Below are positions 1 to 14,199 of a DNA stretch of 64,000 nt, piece by piece (the first letter of the stretch is position 1; every line of letters begins with the position of its first letter). The position numbers were made by a program, and so were the translations under genes. This DNA comes from the human T2T-CHM13v2.0 reference genome, Homo sapiens: assembly GCF_009914755.1 (NCBI RefSeq), contig NC_060933.1, one strand, 5' to 3'. The notes beneath the pieces are model-generated. The model made no database searches and had not been told where the DNA came from. It saw nothing but the letters and a program-made list of their open reading frames with translations.

Positions 1-294
1 GCACTCCTGTTGGGAAAAAGCTTTGCTTAGAGTCCTATCAGACTACCAGAACCTCAGCCTCCAGGAGCAACTTACCCAGAATTAAATCCTGATGCCCTCT
101 GTTGGTGTTTTCCAGTAATGGTAAAAGTTTAGAGATTTAGAAAGGAAACAACAATTTCTGGAACGCAGATATAAACCCCATAAAGCCCAATGAACCCTGT
201 AATTACATATAAACACAAATTCACTTGTACCATGTGTTTATTCTCAGCACCTGCAAAATAGAACCACAGACAGCCCTATGATTAATGGCACAGT

Positions 295-515
295 GCATTG
301 AGCATGTATTATATGGTGGCAATGTGCCAAGTTCTTTACACACATCATCCTTCCTGCAGTCACAGATAGTAGGCATTACTCTCTCCCATTTACAAAGGGG
401 AAAAAGAGGAGCAGGGAATTCATATAACACACCCAGAGTTAGTAAAACTATGCCCTGGCAGATCTTGAATGTTAACCTAAGTGAATTTGGCTCCAGAATC
501 CATGCTGCCTCCTAA
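295..515 (-). mobile_element. MIR SINE, diverged
   Basis: Follows the reverse-complement MIR consensus: cattgagcatgtattatatg...cccatttacaaagggg...ttggctccagaatccatgct. Confidence 0.7.
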
Positions 516-2721
516 CTTAGAAATGGAGTTACAACTTGAACCTGGATCTCCTAACCTTCAGCCACATTACCTTTACATTACTGTGTACAAAATACAGATG
601 TTTGGACTCTCCTAGTCCACATGGAGACACACTGAGCTAAATTTAGCCTTCTGTTCTGGACACCACTGAGGAACGCAATGTTTGATCCAATAAATGAGAT
701 CCTGTTTTCCCACCTGTGTTTAGAACCAGTTGAGAGTTACACACGGGAGTAAAAAGGGAAAAATCATTCATTCATTTTTTCTACTGTTAAATCTCTTGGG
801 TTTTATGGCTCTGGGCCTGTTGCCCAAGTGGACCTGCTAGTATTTCATTCCTGAATAAGTGAAGCTCACCTGCTCAGTCATTGGTACAGCGGTCAATCAC
901 AGGCCTCTACCTTTAGAGAGATAATCTGTTTGACGAAGCTTAGCACATGACAGAAGCAGAGAGTGCCTCCTTCTTACAGGCAGGAAGACCTGAAACAGAC
1001 AAATACATAAATAATCAAGGCTGCAGATTGAGCTGTGTATGCCCATTTCTTTCTGCAGAACCCACTAATCAGATAAGTTATTCCTCTTCTCCTGGGGTTA
1101 TAGAGCAGCAACAATATTATGTTAATGGAAGTTCCTTCCAAATGACATGAGAAGCTGAGTATAAGCAATTTCACTTAAATGCTGTCGTTTCAGGGGTTCA
1201 CTAATTCAGAATACATAAAGTTCCTCTTAGGATTATCTGCAAAGTTTGGCAAGTGAGTTAAAGCTGAAATCTAGAGTACACAGAACAATTAGATTCCTTG
1301 AAAGATGGATTTTCAAGAATTGCATTATAACTAGCTTGTGATATACTAGTTACCAATAAATATTTTTCAATTTCCATCAGCATGTCCCCATAGGAACTTG
1401 AATTAAATTCTATCCAAAACATGGGCTTCTGGAGTTTAGACAATCCTTCTTTTAATTAGTACAAGTGATGAGTCTGGCTCAAGGTAAATGAGTTATAGTG
1501 TTGACTTTTGCGAGCTACATTCTAAGATGGAAAGTTTTATTGTAAGCCCAACTTTTGCCTGCTTGAAATTCTCTGAAAATCTTCCTTTTGGATGGTAACT
1601 TGTCAGACCCATGTCTTGTCATAAGTTGGAGAAAATCAATGCCACTATTTGGGAGTCGGACTCAATCTGAAGGCAATAGGCTTGCAACATTTAATTATTT
1701 CACACTCCACTCACCAGGCCATGAAAGTGTCAATTTCACCTGAGGGATAAAGGTACCAGGAAAGAAAAACTGGCCCAAGTGTGGGAAAACAATAAATTAT
1801 GGTTAACAACAGCAGCAACCTTTAGAAGTTAAAGAAGCAGCTTTCCCCAGAGAGGGACTAGAGGGGGATTGAAAGATATAGACCTGTATATTGATTTTCT
1901 CCTAATTTTACTAATAAAAAATTAGAATTCTAGAAAATAGGTGTATAAAGTGACCTTAGAGGTGATTATATCAAACTGTTTTAGTTTATTGGTATAGTGA
2001 CTAAGACATCTCTGATAGTTTAATAATAATAATAATCACCATTATTTATTCAGAATTGATTATGTGTCCGTCACATAAGTGGGTGAACATAGGACAGAAA
2101 CTGTGTTTTCCAATTACTATTATATTTATACTAAATTCTAAATTAGTGAGAACCATATAGAAAAGCCTATTAATTTTGTATATTATCCCCCCTCAAATTC
2201 AAAGAATTGCAAATGTTCCAATGGCATTATTTGTGTAACTCTGGCATAAACCACAGCATTTAGCTCAGGCATAGACCACAGCATTGAAATCTCCTCCCAC
2301 AAAATCAAGACTGATATAAACATTGAAAATAGAAAGTTCATAGTGTGATACAATGTATTTGTTCATGTAAGGCTATGACATGAATAAAAAAAAGTCTCCA
2401 AACCTTGCTAATCTCAATAGTTGGGGTGACAGAATAGCAAGGTTAAGGTTCTTAAACTACAGGATCTAATGTAACTGAAAATGGTTTGTTTCAAGTTGCT
2501 AGATGTTGTAGGAAAAAGGCAAGAGTAAGATTAAAGGGATGTTTCGTGCACAAAATATTGGAATGAATGTGTGTGCCTCCATTGCAATCTGTGATTTCCC
2601 ATCTTGGGAGTGTAAAAAGGAAGAATGATCTGACATTTAAGAGAGTGCTTTTAGGCACATATGGCTTTACCTGTCACCTCTGTTACTTACTCATTTGTGA
2701 TTTTGGCAAGTAACTCAATGT

Positions 2722-3495
2722 CTTTTTATTTTTTTTAATTGTAGTATCATATATTAATTATTTTTTCAATTATTTGTTTCATACATATAAAAATTGCCAT
2801 TTTAACCATTTTAGTACACAAATCATTAATTACATTCACAATGTTGTACAAAATTTGATTTCTAAAATGTTTGCATCATCCCAGACAGAAACTCTGCACA
2901 AATCAAGGAATAACACTCCATTCTTTCTCCCCACTCCCAAACCCTGATAAACTCTAATCTACTTTCAGTTTCTATGAATTTTCCTTATTTTATATAAGTG
3001 GAATCACACAATATTTGTCCTTTACATCTGGGTTATTTCACTTAGCGTGATATTTTTAAGGTTCATTCATGTTGCAGCATGTGTCAACATTTCTCTGAAT
3101 AATTTCTGTTTTATGTGTATACCACATTTTGCACATCCATTCATCTGTTGATGGACATGGGTTGTTGCCACGTTTAGGCTGTTGTGAATAATGCTGCAAT
3201 GACCTTCAGTGTAGAAGTATCTTTCTGACCTGTTTTCAATTATTTTAGATACATACCTAAGAGTGAAATTGCTGGATCATAGCATAATTCTATACTTAGC
3301 TTTTTGAGGAACCGCCAAACTGTTTACCACAGCAGCTGCACCATTTACATTCCTACCAGCAATGCACGAAGATGACAATTTCTCCACATTCTTGCCAAGA
3401 CTTATTTTTTTCTTCATCTTTTTTATTATAGCCATCCTAGTAGGTAGGAAGTGACTTCTCATTGTGGCTTTGATTTGCATTTCCCTAATGAAGTA
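2722..3495 (-). mobile_element. Old LINE-1 3' end (L1MB-like), 5'-truncated
   Basis: T-rich tail, then L1M 3'UTR (aattgccattttaaccatttt...ccattcatctgttgatggacat) and the ORF2 C-terminus; ORF 3277-3672 contains REMQIKATMRSHFLPTRMAIIKK. Confidence 0.9.
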
Positions 3496-4287
3496 AATCA
3501 AGATTCTTCTTTGAAAATTTGGATTTTCACTTACAAAATGATTAGAGAAGTGCTTATTTTTTAGGTTTTCTGTGCAGAATAAATAAAACTGTATTGTCTG
3601 AAACATAGTAAAATCCACAAAAGGGTAGATGATGGCATCAGTACTGTTGGAGGAAACGATGCCTTTGTCCATTCAGGTACCTTCCTTTTGGAATATCTTC
3701 TCTTCCCATATTTCCAGCTGTTCACCTTAAATCTATCCCCCTGTCTGTTCACACAGAAGTAAAGAAATACACATTTAAAGTTAGAGGAGCGATACTGGGA
3801 TCCATGATTTGCTGGCAAGGATTTGGGGAAACATCAGCCTTGGCAAATATCTATTTCTCCTTATCTTCTTTCACCAGAAATAGGAATGACTTTTCCTAGT
3901 CTTTTAACACTTTGCATAGCTACTACACAGAGTCACTTGTTAATAAATCACCCCCCTTCTTTCTTCATAGAACATTTTATTTTGTCTCTTAGATCATAAG
4001 TGGGATTAAAGTATTTTTCCTCTATTTCCAATCTATTGAGGTAAGATATGAGCGATGACTAAATGGATACTATTTGCAGCAAAGGGGTGGTGGGAACAGC
4101 CTGGAGCTTCTAATGCGTGTTTTAAATTTCAGATGTCACAGTCTGCATCAAGAAGAAAACTTCCTGGGTGAGAACTTTGAGTATAAAAATCACTGAACTG
4201 GAGATAGGGACTCCTTCTGGTCTTACTCCACTACCATTTCTGATCATTCCTCACTGCTTAAATTAATTGATGAGAGCATAAGTTAAT

Positions 4288-4566
<279 letters not shown>

Positions 4567-4943
4567 AAATTAAACTATTTGAAGTATTAAAGGTTAAGAG
4601 ATGAAAATGTTAGTTCTTACACAATTGCGGAGTTCTTTATGGAATGTGAATTGTTATGGTGTTGGAGCTACTGAAATGTGAAAGGGTTATAAATTATACA
4701 ATAAAGAAATTGTTCTTTAATAATCAATATAATGAGATAGTATTTCGAATTATTAACATGTTCTTACCTTACATTGCCCCTGGACCAGGAGAAGGTGAAT
4801 TCCACCTTCAAACACTCAGAGAAGCATTCTTTTAACAGAGTGCAGGCAATACAAAAATAAGCTTAGTCTCTGAGTTTCGGAGTCAAATTTTGGAACCTGA
4901 AAATCTTCACGACTTTTATAATACTTTAAAAGACAATTATTTA

Positions 4944-5437
<494 letters not shown>

Positions 5438-5714
5438 TCACACCTTCATGAAAAACTTCTATCATCTTTTGCTGGGAGAATTCACTGATTACTTATGGGA
5501 ATAAGTGATCTCTCCTGCCCCAGTTTCGTTTGAACTAGTAATTTGTTTGAACATTCCTTAGGGTACTTAACCACGCTGTACATTTTGTTATATTAGTTGG
5601 TGCACATAACTTACCTCTCTTCTTAATCTTTAGGACTCTGGAAAATAAGAAATGCAGGTTATAAGTGTTATAAGAATAGATTGAAAATTTAATGGTGTAG
5701 ATGAATCACTTGGA

Positions 5715-5860
5715 TACTAATCAAAATGTAGATTCCTGGTCTCCACCCACAAAGATTCTGATTCAGTAGATCTCTGATGGCATCCAGGAATTTCTCATAA
5801 GCAATTATTCTAGCTGATTCTAATGTAGGTCTAAAGACCACATTTACAGAAATGCTTCTT
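5715..5860. mobile_element. MER5-family hAT-Charlie fossil
   Basis: aaaatgtagattcctgg...agattctgattcagtagatct...gaccacatttacagaaatgct. Confidence 0.65.
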
Positions 5861-6044
5861 AGTTACATTGAAAATTGCATCTTGCACATAAAATATATAC
5901 AGTAAATGAGTACTGAATACAAGAGTAGACTAAGGGGTTAGCAACTTCAAGTATTACTATTTTTGGAGATTTGTGTTTTTTGTTTTTGTTCCTTTGTTTT
6001 ATTTCAAACAATTCTTAAGCATAAATTAAAATGAAAATAAAATG

Positions 6045-6200
6045 CCATTGATTGAGTGCCTCCTACTTTGTGCCAGGAACTTTACAATAATCCTGCCAGG
6101 TCATTTGTGAAAGAGAAAACAATTTTTTGCTCAAAGTCAAGGAATAGAACCTGACTGCACACTATTTTGTTTGATTTTAAAATCCCTGCTCTTCTTATTC
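6045..6200 (-). mobile_element. MIR fragment
   Basis: attgattgagtgcctcctactttgtgccagg...ttgctcaaagtca. Confidence 0.6.
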
Positions 6201-7476
6201 CTCCATGTACCCCAGGGTACAAGGCTCAGACATAAGGGTTCAGAAACAACCTCTTTCAGTGGTACTAAAACAGTTATTTATCTCCTGTGTGCCTTAATTT
6301 ACCATCTGCAAAATAAAGTCAAAAAGATGTAAATAAATAGGGTGTATTATTAGAATTAATCAATGAAGTTTTGGAATGGGAGGCGAAAATATAAAAGCAA
6401 CATCAGATCACATGACTATTATGAACAATAACATCATCAACATTTAATTCATAATTTTATCCATGAAACATTGACCCATGAGCTCTGGTTATTATTATTG
6501 ATAATTAATAAGGACAAGTCATGAGGTTAATGAGGGTTTTTCATAGCTTCAAATCTTTACTGGGTAAAAGAAGGGAAAAGTTAATTCTTTTCTTTATACC
6601 AATGTAACTGATTTTGGGTTTGTTTTCTATTTGTGTGTTTCTTAATCTCTCCCTTAAAATTCTCTGGGGAGCACTTGGGATAATGGAGTAACTGAGTCAG
6701 TCTGCAAAAATGCATTTTAAAGTCCACAGTGGTGGCAGCTGCAACAGGTGGTAGTGAGAGAATGGCTTATCAGGGAAGTGTTGGTTCAAACCAAAACTTG
6801 GCTATTTTCTGAAGTTAAGAGGAGGGTGCTTGAGAGGAAGATAACCCTCTATAAATGTGAGCCTAGGACTTAGGAAACTGCAAAAAGGTGCACTGAGCCA
6901 TGAGCAGTCTGTGAGTTTAGCTAATCCTCCATGATCTGATCTGCAAAATGGAGGCCATGGCCTTTGTTCAGCTTGCAAGGCTGTTTTGAAGACCAAGTGA
7001 TGTAATATACATGAATGTCCTCTTGGTCATTACCTGAGTTTGCAAAGTCGGCCAGAAAAAGAAAGCAAGTAATTTGAATATTAGACATACATACAAATTG
7101 TATGCTTTATTAAAAGATTCATAATTAGTGAATTATAAAGTCAGAAAAATGATCTGTCTTATATTTGGAACTTAGTGCCCCAAAGTGATATCGATTTTGC
7201 CTGAAAAGTCATGCCACTCGGCCAAGATATCATCCAGGTCCTATGTAATCTACCTGGAAACACGTGAGCTACTCAACAGAGATCACCACCCCCTCCAGAG
7301 CAGGAGAAATTTGGATACCTTGGTGACTTATTGGAAGGTTGTTAGTGAATTCATTTTTTGATTATACTTTGACTAGAGAGGTGGCCCCAGTTCTACATCT
7401 TATTCAGTTCTAAATTTAGCATCATCTACACAATATAATAATACCAAATAGCATTTTGAATACTTAGAATAAATAG

Positions 7477-7793
<317 letters not shown>

Positions 7794-7827
7794 TTGATAA
7801 ATAGTTTCAAAATTAGAAACTTGAAGA

Positions 7828-8313
7828 GCTAATGCCAAAATAGCCACCATTCTTCACTCTTCCCTGTACCTAGACCCTTTGCAAAACCACTTGGCTGTCT
7901 TTTCCATCAAGCAAGGGAGTTTGTTCCTCTATCTCTTGAATGTGGCCTTGCAATTTACATTGGCTAAGAGAATATGATGGAAATGGCAATGCCACTGGTT
8001 CTGAGTTTGGGCCTCATGAGTGCTTCTGCTCACTTCCATGGGAACCCAGTCATTGCTATGTCAAAAGCCCTGTGTAGCCTTCTGGAAAATCAGACAATGT
8101 ATAGAGGAGAGTACAGATGAGTCCATTCAAGAGAAATTTGCAGTCAACAGAGTTGACTGACTGATGCACAGCTGACTCCAGATACACAATGAAGGCAAAC
8201 TGAGACAGGAGGAGTCATTCTGCTGATACACAAACTCAAGAGTAATAACGTGTGTTGTTTTAGGCAATTACCTTTGAGGTGGTTTGTTAGGCAGCATTTG
8301 CTAACTTGTATAA
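7828..8313 (+). mobile_element. MaLR solo LTR (MLT1H/G-like)
   Basis: MLT1 start (caaaatagccaccattctt...ccatcaag) and typical end (ttgttttaggca...ggtggtttgttaggcagcatttgctaact). Confidence 0.75.
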
Positions 8314-8984
8314 ATATACAATGAAGATCTTCAAATATAGCAATTTTTCTTGTGACTTTATGAAAGAAAGTTTTTAAAAAACTCACCCAGCATGAGTTTA
8401 TCAATAATAAAGTTTTTAACCAATATCTACTTATAGTGGTTTAAAAATAATTATGGTAAAATGTCTAATTTTAGTTTCAGTAGATGGTCATTCCATGGCC
8501 TTTTACATTCCATGTCTTAATGAATCAATGAGATGAACAAACAGGTCATTCCATGGCCTCTTACATTCAACTTTATAGATGGTCAAAACAAAAAATTCTT
8601 TTTGAGCACCTCACCTGTTCTGTCATATGTGCTGCTAGGTGCTGGGATGTAAAATCAATGAAGACGTACCTGACATTTCAACTTTAGTGAATTATTCTCT
8701 GGAAATCTGCTTTCAAATACCCCAGAAATTAATTATTTTAAGCTGGTCTCAATAACCAATACAAATGGAATTCATTGAATATTTTCACTAAACTTTCTCC
8801 CCTTCACTAATGATTACTTTTCTTATTTGAAAAGCAGAAGGGCCAAGGTCTTGTCCATCTCTCTAGTAATTGACATGGGTAGATTTCTTCATCTTTCCCA
8901 GATAGGATATGACTAATACAATAAGTGATAACAGTGATTTTACTCAAAGCAATGATATTCTAATGGTAAAAATCTTGAACATTG

Positions 8985-9725
8985 GATTTCGTCTCTGACA
9001 TGTAGGCAGCTTAGAAATGATCACTTTCATCCTAACAACAAGAAAAAGCTGGGCAAACTAAAAATCAATGACTTTTCTTGCGTCCATTAGAGAAGTAAGG
9101 TTGTAGGCTAAACTGCACACTGAAATCTGTAGAAGACTCATCCAGAAAGACCCAGCTTACCTGGAGGAAAAGCTGCTGGAGGCATACATTGATAGAAATA
9201 TTGAAATTATAATTTTGAAGAACTGCTGGTGGATGAGTATGAACAAGCATGGGAGTGAGAAATGCCTGGGGGCCTCAGACTAAGGGGGACCCTTATACTT
9301 TTGTGGGCTTTACAATAAACCTGCCAGGTCATTTGCGAAATGAAGGCCTCTACTGGGAACTCTACTAGGTTTTCAAGTTGAAGATCTGTAGAAGAGCCCC
9401 TTGTGTCTCTGGCAGGTAGATGTGAAGTGAAGAGTAATCATGAAATCCTCCCGGAGCCTCTTCATACAAAGGCACATACTCCAGGCAGAAACACTGCCAT
9501 GACCTTATTCCAGTTGGAAGAAGGAAAATTCTATTACTCCAGCCCCTATAGTATAACTTTCACCTAAGCCAAGGTGGGATCAGTAGGGGTTTGGGGTTTA
9601 AGGACATTGGGAATGCTTCAGCCAGGAAAGAGAGTAGGTGACAAGTAGAAAAATGATTTTTGTAGTACAGAGGAGTCACCCAATTACAGTGCTAAGACAC
9701 AACCTCAGGAAAACATTGAGATTTT
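8985..9725 (+). mobile_element. Old LINE-1 5' end (L1MC-type)
   Basis: catcctaacaacaagaaaaagctgggcaaactaaaaatcaatgacttttctt...ccattagagaa resembles L1MC 5'-end consensus. Confidence 0.65.
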
Positions 9726-9727
9726 GT

Positions 9728-11242
9728 GAGAATTTTACAGACAAAGAGTGAACCTTGATGTATGTAAATTTAAAAATGAAAATTTAGGAGTTGAGAGAAG
9801 CTCAGGATAGAATGCATGTGTAACAATGCATTTATGTAATAAATATACAAAATGACCTCACTGAAGAGGGTGGGGAAAAATGAAGCTAACTTAAGTAACT
9901 TTGGAAATGATTGGCGTCTGGAAGTCTAAAGGCAAAGAAACTGTACATAAGTACTGTACTTTTGTTGAAAAAGCTGTTTCTCATGGAGGTACAGGTTAAC
10001 AATTCTAAAACCACTACATGTGTATGCTGGAATTGAATAATTAAGTAAATGGATGGCAGATGGCGGGAGCCAGGTTTCTCACTGCTGGAGGGGAAGGTTG
10101 CAAATAAACAAGGAGAGGAAGCTAGAATGGTCCATGTGGTAATGGATTAGAGTTGAAGACATCAATATGAGCTCGTGTTTTGCTTAACATAGACACAGAT
10201 GATTAAATACAGAACTATATATAGGTATGTGTACATAAATGGGTTAGTACACAGACATACAGTTCCTTACTCTGTCAGCTGGGTGACTTTACAACCAATG
10301 ACACCCTAATAACCAGTAGTAACAAGCATACCCAGTGTCTGTATCTTGGTTTCTAACGCCATTCTCCAGTGGTACTTGGAGAACGGTATTGGAATTTCAA
10401 AGGTTACTTCGAAAAATGTCTAAGACTGGTGCAGGAAATATACAGGGTAAACCCAGAGTATCTCATAGTACCAGAAAGTATACCACTTTAGAAAAAACAC
10501 ACACACTGTAATGGGGATGTCAAAGGGATGCAGGAACTAATTGCAAGAGCTCTCAATGGTCAATGCTGGAACAATTTGAGCAACGCAAGAGAGTTTATGT
10601 AGCATTGGATTCTAATCAAAAGTATAAAATAAATATTCCATGAATCCATATTGACTTAAATCAATGCTGGGGTAGATAAATGAATGGGGGAATATAGACA
10701 AATGTCCCATGCAGAAGAATTTTAAATAATTTATATATATATACACACATTCTGTTCTCAAGAAGTTAGAGCCTAACTCCCTCTGTTCCATAGATGTTGG
10801 CTATGCATAATGACTTTCTTCCAAAGATTCTAGTATGAAAAGGAGGGGAAAAAAAGAGTAACTTTAGTGGGAAAACATGAAAAACACCATCTTCGCCATG
10901 TGATCAAGCTGGACATTATCAGTAATGTCATGTTGAGTGATCAAGCTGGACATTATCAGTAATGTAATATTGAAAGTATGTCCCCTTGATATGAGATGAT
11001 GAAAATGACACTTTACCTCTGTGATCGTCCTCCCCCAAACCCATAACTCCAGTCTAATTGTGAGAAAAAAACATAACGCAAATCCCAGTTGAGTGACATT
11101 CTATTAAAACTGTCAAGGTAATCAAAAACAAGGAAAATCTGAGAAAATGTCTCAGTGAAGCCTAAGGGGACCTGATGAATAAATGTAATGTAGGAGGCTG
11201 AAACACAAAAAGCATGTTAGGTAAAAACTAATACAATTTGAA

Positions 11243-11288
<46 letters not shown>

Positions 11289-11452
11289 ATGAGTAATAGC
11301 ATCTTAACATTATTTCATGAATTGTGACATACTAATGTAAAATGTTAATAATAGAGCAACTTGGGTGCGAGTGATATGGAAACTCTGTACTATCTTCACA
11401 ATTTTTCTGTAAATCTGAAAGTATTCTAAAATGTAAAACATTTATTAAAAAA
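9728..11452 (+). mobile_element. L1MC3-like 3' UTR
   Basis: caaagagtgaacctt...gggagccaggtttctcactg...ggaaactctgtactatcttcacaatttttctgtaaatct followed by A-rich tail. Confidence 0.88.
11245..11286. repeat. (GT)21 microsatellite
   Basis: Perfect dinucleotide run. Confidence 0.98.
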
Positions 11453-11517
11453 TACTGGGCACTGCAGCAAGCTTGGTGAGAAGAATATTTTTAGGCAGGA
11501 GAAGAAGCCAAGGAAAT

Positions 11518-11725
11518 CAGCATAGTGTAAGGATACCGGGCTTTGGAGCTTAACAGAACTGGGTTTCAAGATAAACTCTGCTATGTTTTGAATGTGTGCT
11601 GCTAAGCATCCAATCTAACCTGTTTTCCCACGTTAAATAAGTATTATGTGACAATTATAGTTGAATTGCTTTAGGTATGTGGTACATAGTATGTGCTTTG
11701 TAGCTGGTACTACCATCATCATTAT
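11518..11725 (+). mobile_element. MIR
   Basis: cagcatagtgtaaggataccgggctttggagct...ggtacatagtatgtgct. Confidence 0.65.
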
Positions 11726-13349
11726 GACATGAACCTTCTTGGTTTAGATGTCTATTCTGCTTATCAATATCCACAGGATAGTTGTCTGTAGCATATGTGG
11801 ATGACTATTGCTTTCAGATGGGACTTCTTGTATTCAACCCAAATCTATCTTGTTATCCAAGCATGTCCACTCTTGGGGAGACAGAAAGCAGATGCTCCCC
11901 TTTCTCTGAGCAGATGCCAAGTATTTAGTCAGATTTTTCTGCAGACTCAGCACTTCTTCTCTACCTTTGTGTATAAAGTGGTCTTTTTATTATTGCAACT
12001 AAGGAGACTGCTGGCTGGAATGATTATTATGCATGTTATAAATAAGTGTTAATGATTTTTTCAGTTTACAAAACCACAGATATTCATTATGGAACACTGA
12101 CAACATGCTAATAATAATAAAAAAGAAATAAAAATCACCTACAATACCACTGGTCATATGGTTTTATTATCTACTTTGAAAAACCAATATATCTATATAG
12201 TGAACATGCAGTCATGTTTGTGTTCCTAAATATTATCACCCAAGCAATTTTTAATTGCTGCACAGAATTTCACATATAACTGTGCCATAGCTTTATTCGT
12301 TCATTTGCCTACTTTGGGGTGCTTGGGAGAGCTGCCTTTTGATATTATAAATACCTTGGTGGCGAATATTCTTGTAAATTTTTACCTATGCTTTAAAATA
12401 TGTCCTTGGGAATAGTGTGTTATTTGTCATTGTCGCATGGGCTGATGGGTACCATGAAGAAGCAAATTTCCATGGCCCTAAAATCAGTGCTGTGCTTAGG
12501 CCAGAGGAAGTGTGAGGAGGAGGGGTGGGAAAGAGGAAGATCAAAATGAATACTTGAGTGATTCAATAAAAATAAAACAAAACTTGTATTTATGCTAGAC
12601 TAGATTTTGAGTCTCACTTAGTATCTAGCCCACAGCCTTATTCTACTGGCAAAGATTCCACTCTGGTACCTGCACCTATAGGGGCAGATGCCCTTTGTAG
12701 CTAGATATGCTTGGATAAGTATCTCAATTATGCCACACGCTGGCAGCATGACTCATAGCTCCAAGTCTCATCGTATTCATCTGTAAAATGGGCGTAGTCT
12801 TGTAAGAACTCAAAGAGAGAATACAGGTAAAGAGCCCCTACTGGCCCCCCATCATACCTAACAAAGGATCCCATTCACCTGAGTGATGTTTGAATTTTTC
12901 CACAGCCCCACAGCTGGGCATTTTTTCCCCTGAGCTTTCATCAATTTACAATATCTAGAGAATATTTTCCTTCTGAGAAAAGCAAAAAGATATTTTTCTC
13001 CCTCTTCTCCTGTCTGCATCCTCACAGCCCCAAGCCCTTCTGAGACTCCTATGATCACAAAATCATTTCCATTATAATCAGGGCTAGGAAGAATATCTGC
13101 CCCTGAGAAACAGGGTTTTAATTCAGCCAGGGTCCCTGGATGCCTCGGTGTCCAAAATATGTTACTCACATTTCCTTAGCAAATACATGGGTAAAAAGAA
13201 GAGGCAAAATCCTACATAGGGTATAAATCTAATAAACCCTAGAGAATTCCACTCTTGCTTTTTTTCCCCTTCATTTTCTTTTGTGAGTCACGCAATTCGA
13301 GATAGCCTCAACTTCATATCAGAAGGAGCCTGAAGAAAACAATATAAGC

Positions 13350-13545
13350 TGGGTAGCCAGGCATATCAGGGTTTCAATCAGTGGCTCTGGCTCTGCTACT
13401 TACTGGCTTGTGATCTCAGGCAAGTTAATTCATTTTTCTGCATCTCGGTTCCTTCATGTGCACACTAAGGATAATAACAGCTGGTTGATAATGATTTCAT
13501 GATTAATAGGAAATGCAGAGTCTAGTGCCTGAGACATTGCAGCAT
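13350..13545 (+). mobile_element. MIR
   Basis: ctctgctacttactggcttgtgatctcaggcaagttaattcatttttctgcatctcggttccttcat (MIR core). Confidence 0.75.
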
Positions 13546-13696
13546 TGCCCCATTTGCTGGTTCTTTTACCCATCCCAAACTTTCCTTACTACACCTCTAT
13601 TAAAGTTACTGTAAGAAGAATACAAAATTACTCAACAGTAAATCCCTCCATTGTGTCTTCAGAGTGCTTTGATAATAACGGTTGCCCAAAAACCCT

Positions 13697-13869
13697 ACTA
13701 CAGGCGCCCGCCACCGCACCTGGCTAATTTTTTTTTTTTTTTTTGTATTTTTAGTAGAGACAGGGTTTCACCGTGTTAGCCAGGATGGTCTCGATCTCCT
13801 GACCTCTTGATCCGCCCACCTCGGCCTCCCAAAGTGCTGGGATTACAGGCGTGAGCCACCCATCCGGCC
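13697..13869 (-). mobile_element. AluY-like, 3'-truncated (left arm, linker and ~30 nt of right arm; no tail)
   Basis: ccgtgttagccaggatggtctcgatctcctgacctc and actacaggcgcccgccacc are Y diagnostics; CpG-rich. Confidence 0.92.
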
Positions 13870-13902
13870 TAACGAGACTTATTTTTACTCAACTAGATGG
13901 CG

Positions 13903-14195
13903 TTCATTCATTTGCTTACTCAGCTGTGCCAGGAATTAAGTTGGGCACTGGGAATTCCAAAACCAACAAGACATTCTCTGTCATCAGGGAACTCACAGCC
14001 TAGTATGAGAGATAAACAAATGAACATGAAATTATAATTCAGTAACAAAGAATGAGTGTTATGGCAGAGGGAATGTGTAAGAGCTTGGCAGGGTATCCAG
14101 CAGGGATACCTAACTAAGCCCCACTGGGGAAGGCATCCGAACAGAGGGGACAGCTGAGCTGAGTTCAATGAGCCAGTAGGAATTAGGTTGATATA
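13903..14195 (-). mobile_element. L2 3' end
   Basis: ttcattcatt tail, gtgccagg...ggaactcacagcctagt. Confidence 0.7.
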
Positions 14196-14199
14196 AGTC

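Noticed and set aside
14092-14110. 7-bp hairpin ggtatcc-agcag-ggatacc
   Set aside because: Short, inside an L2, and within chance expectation.
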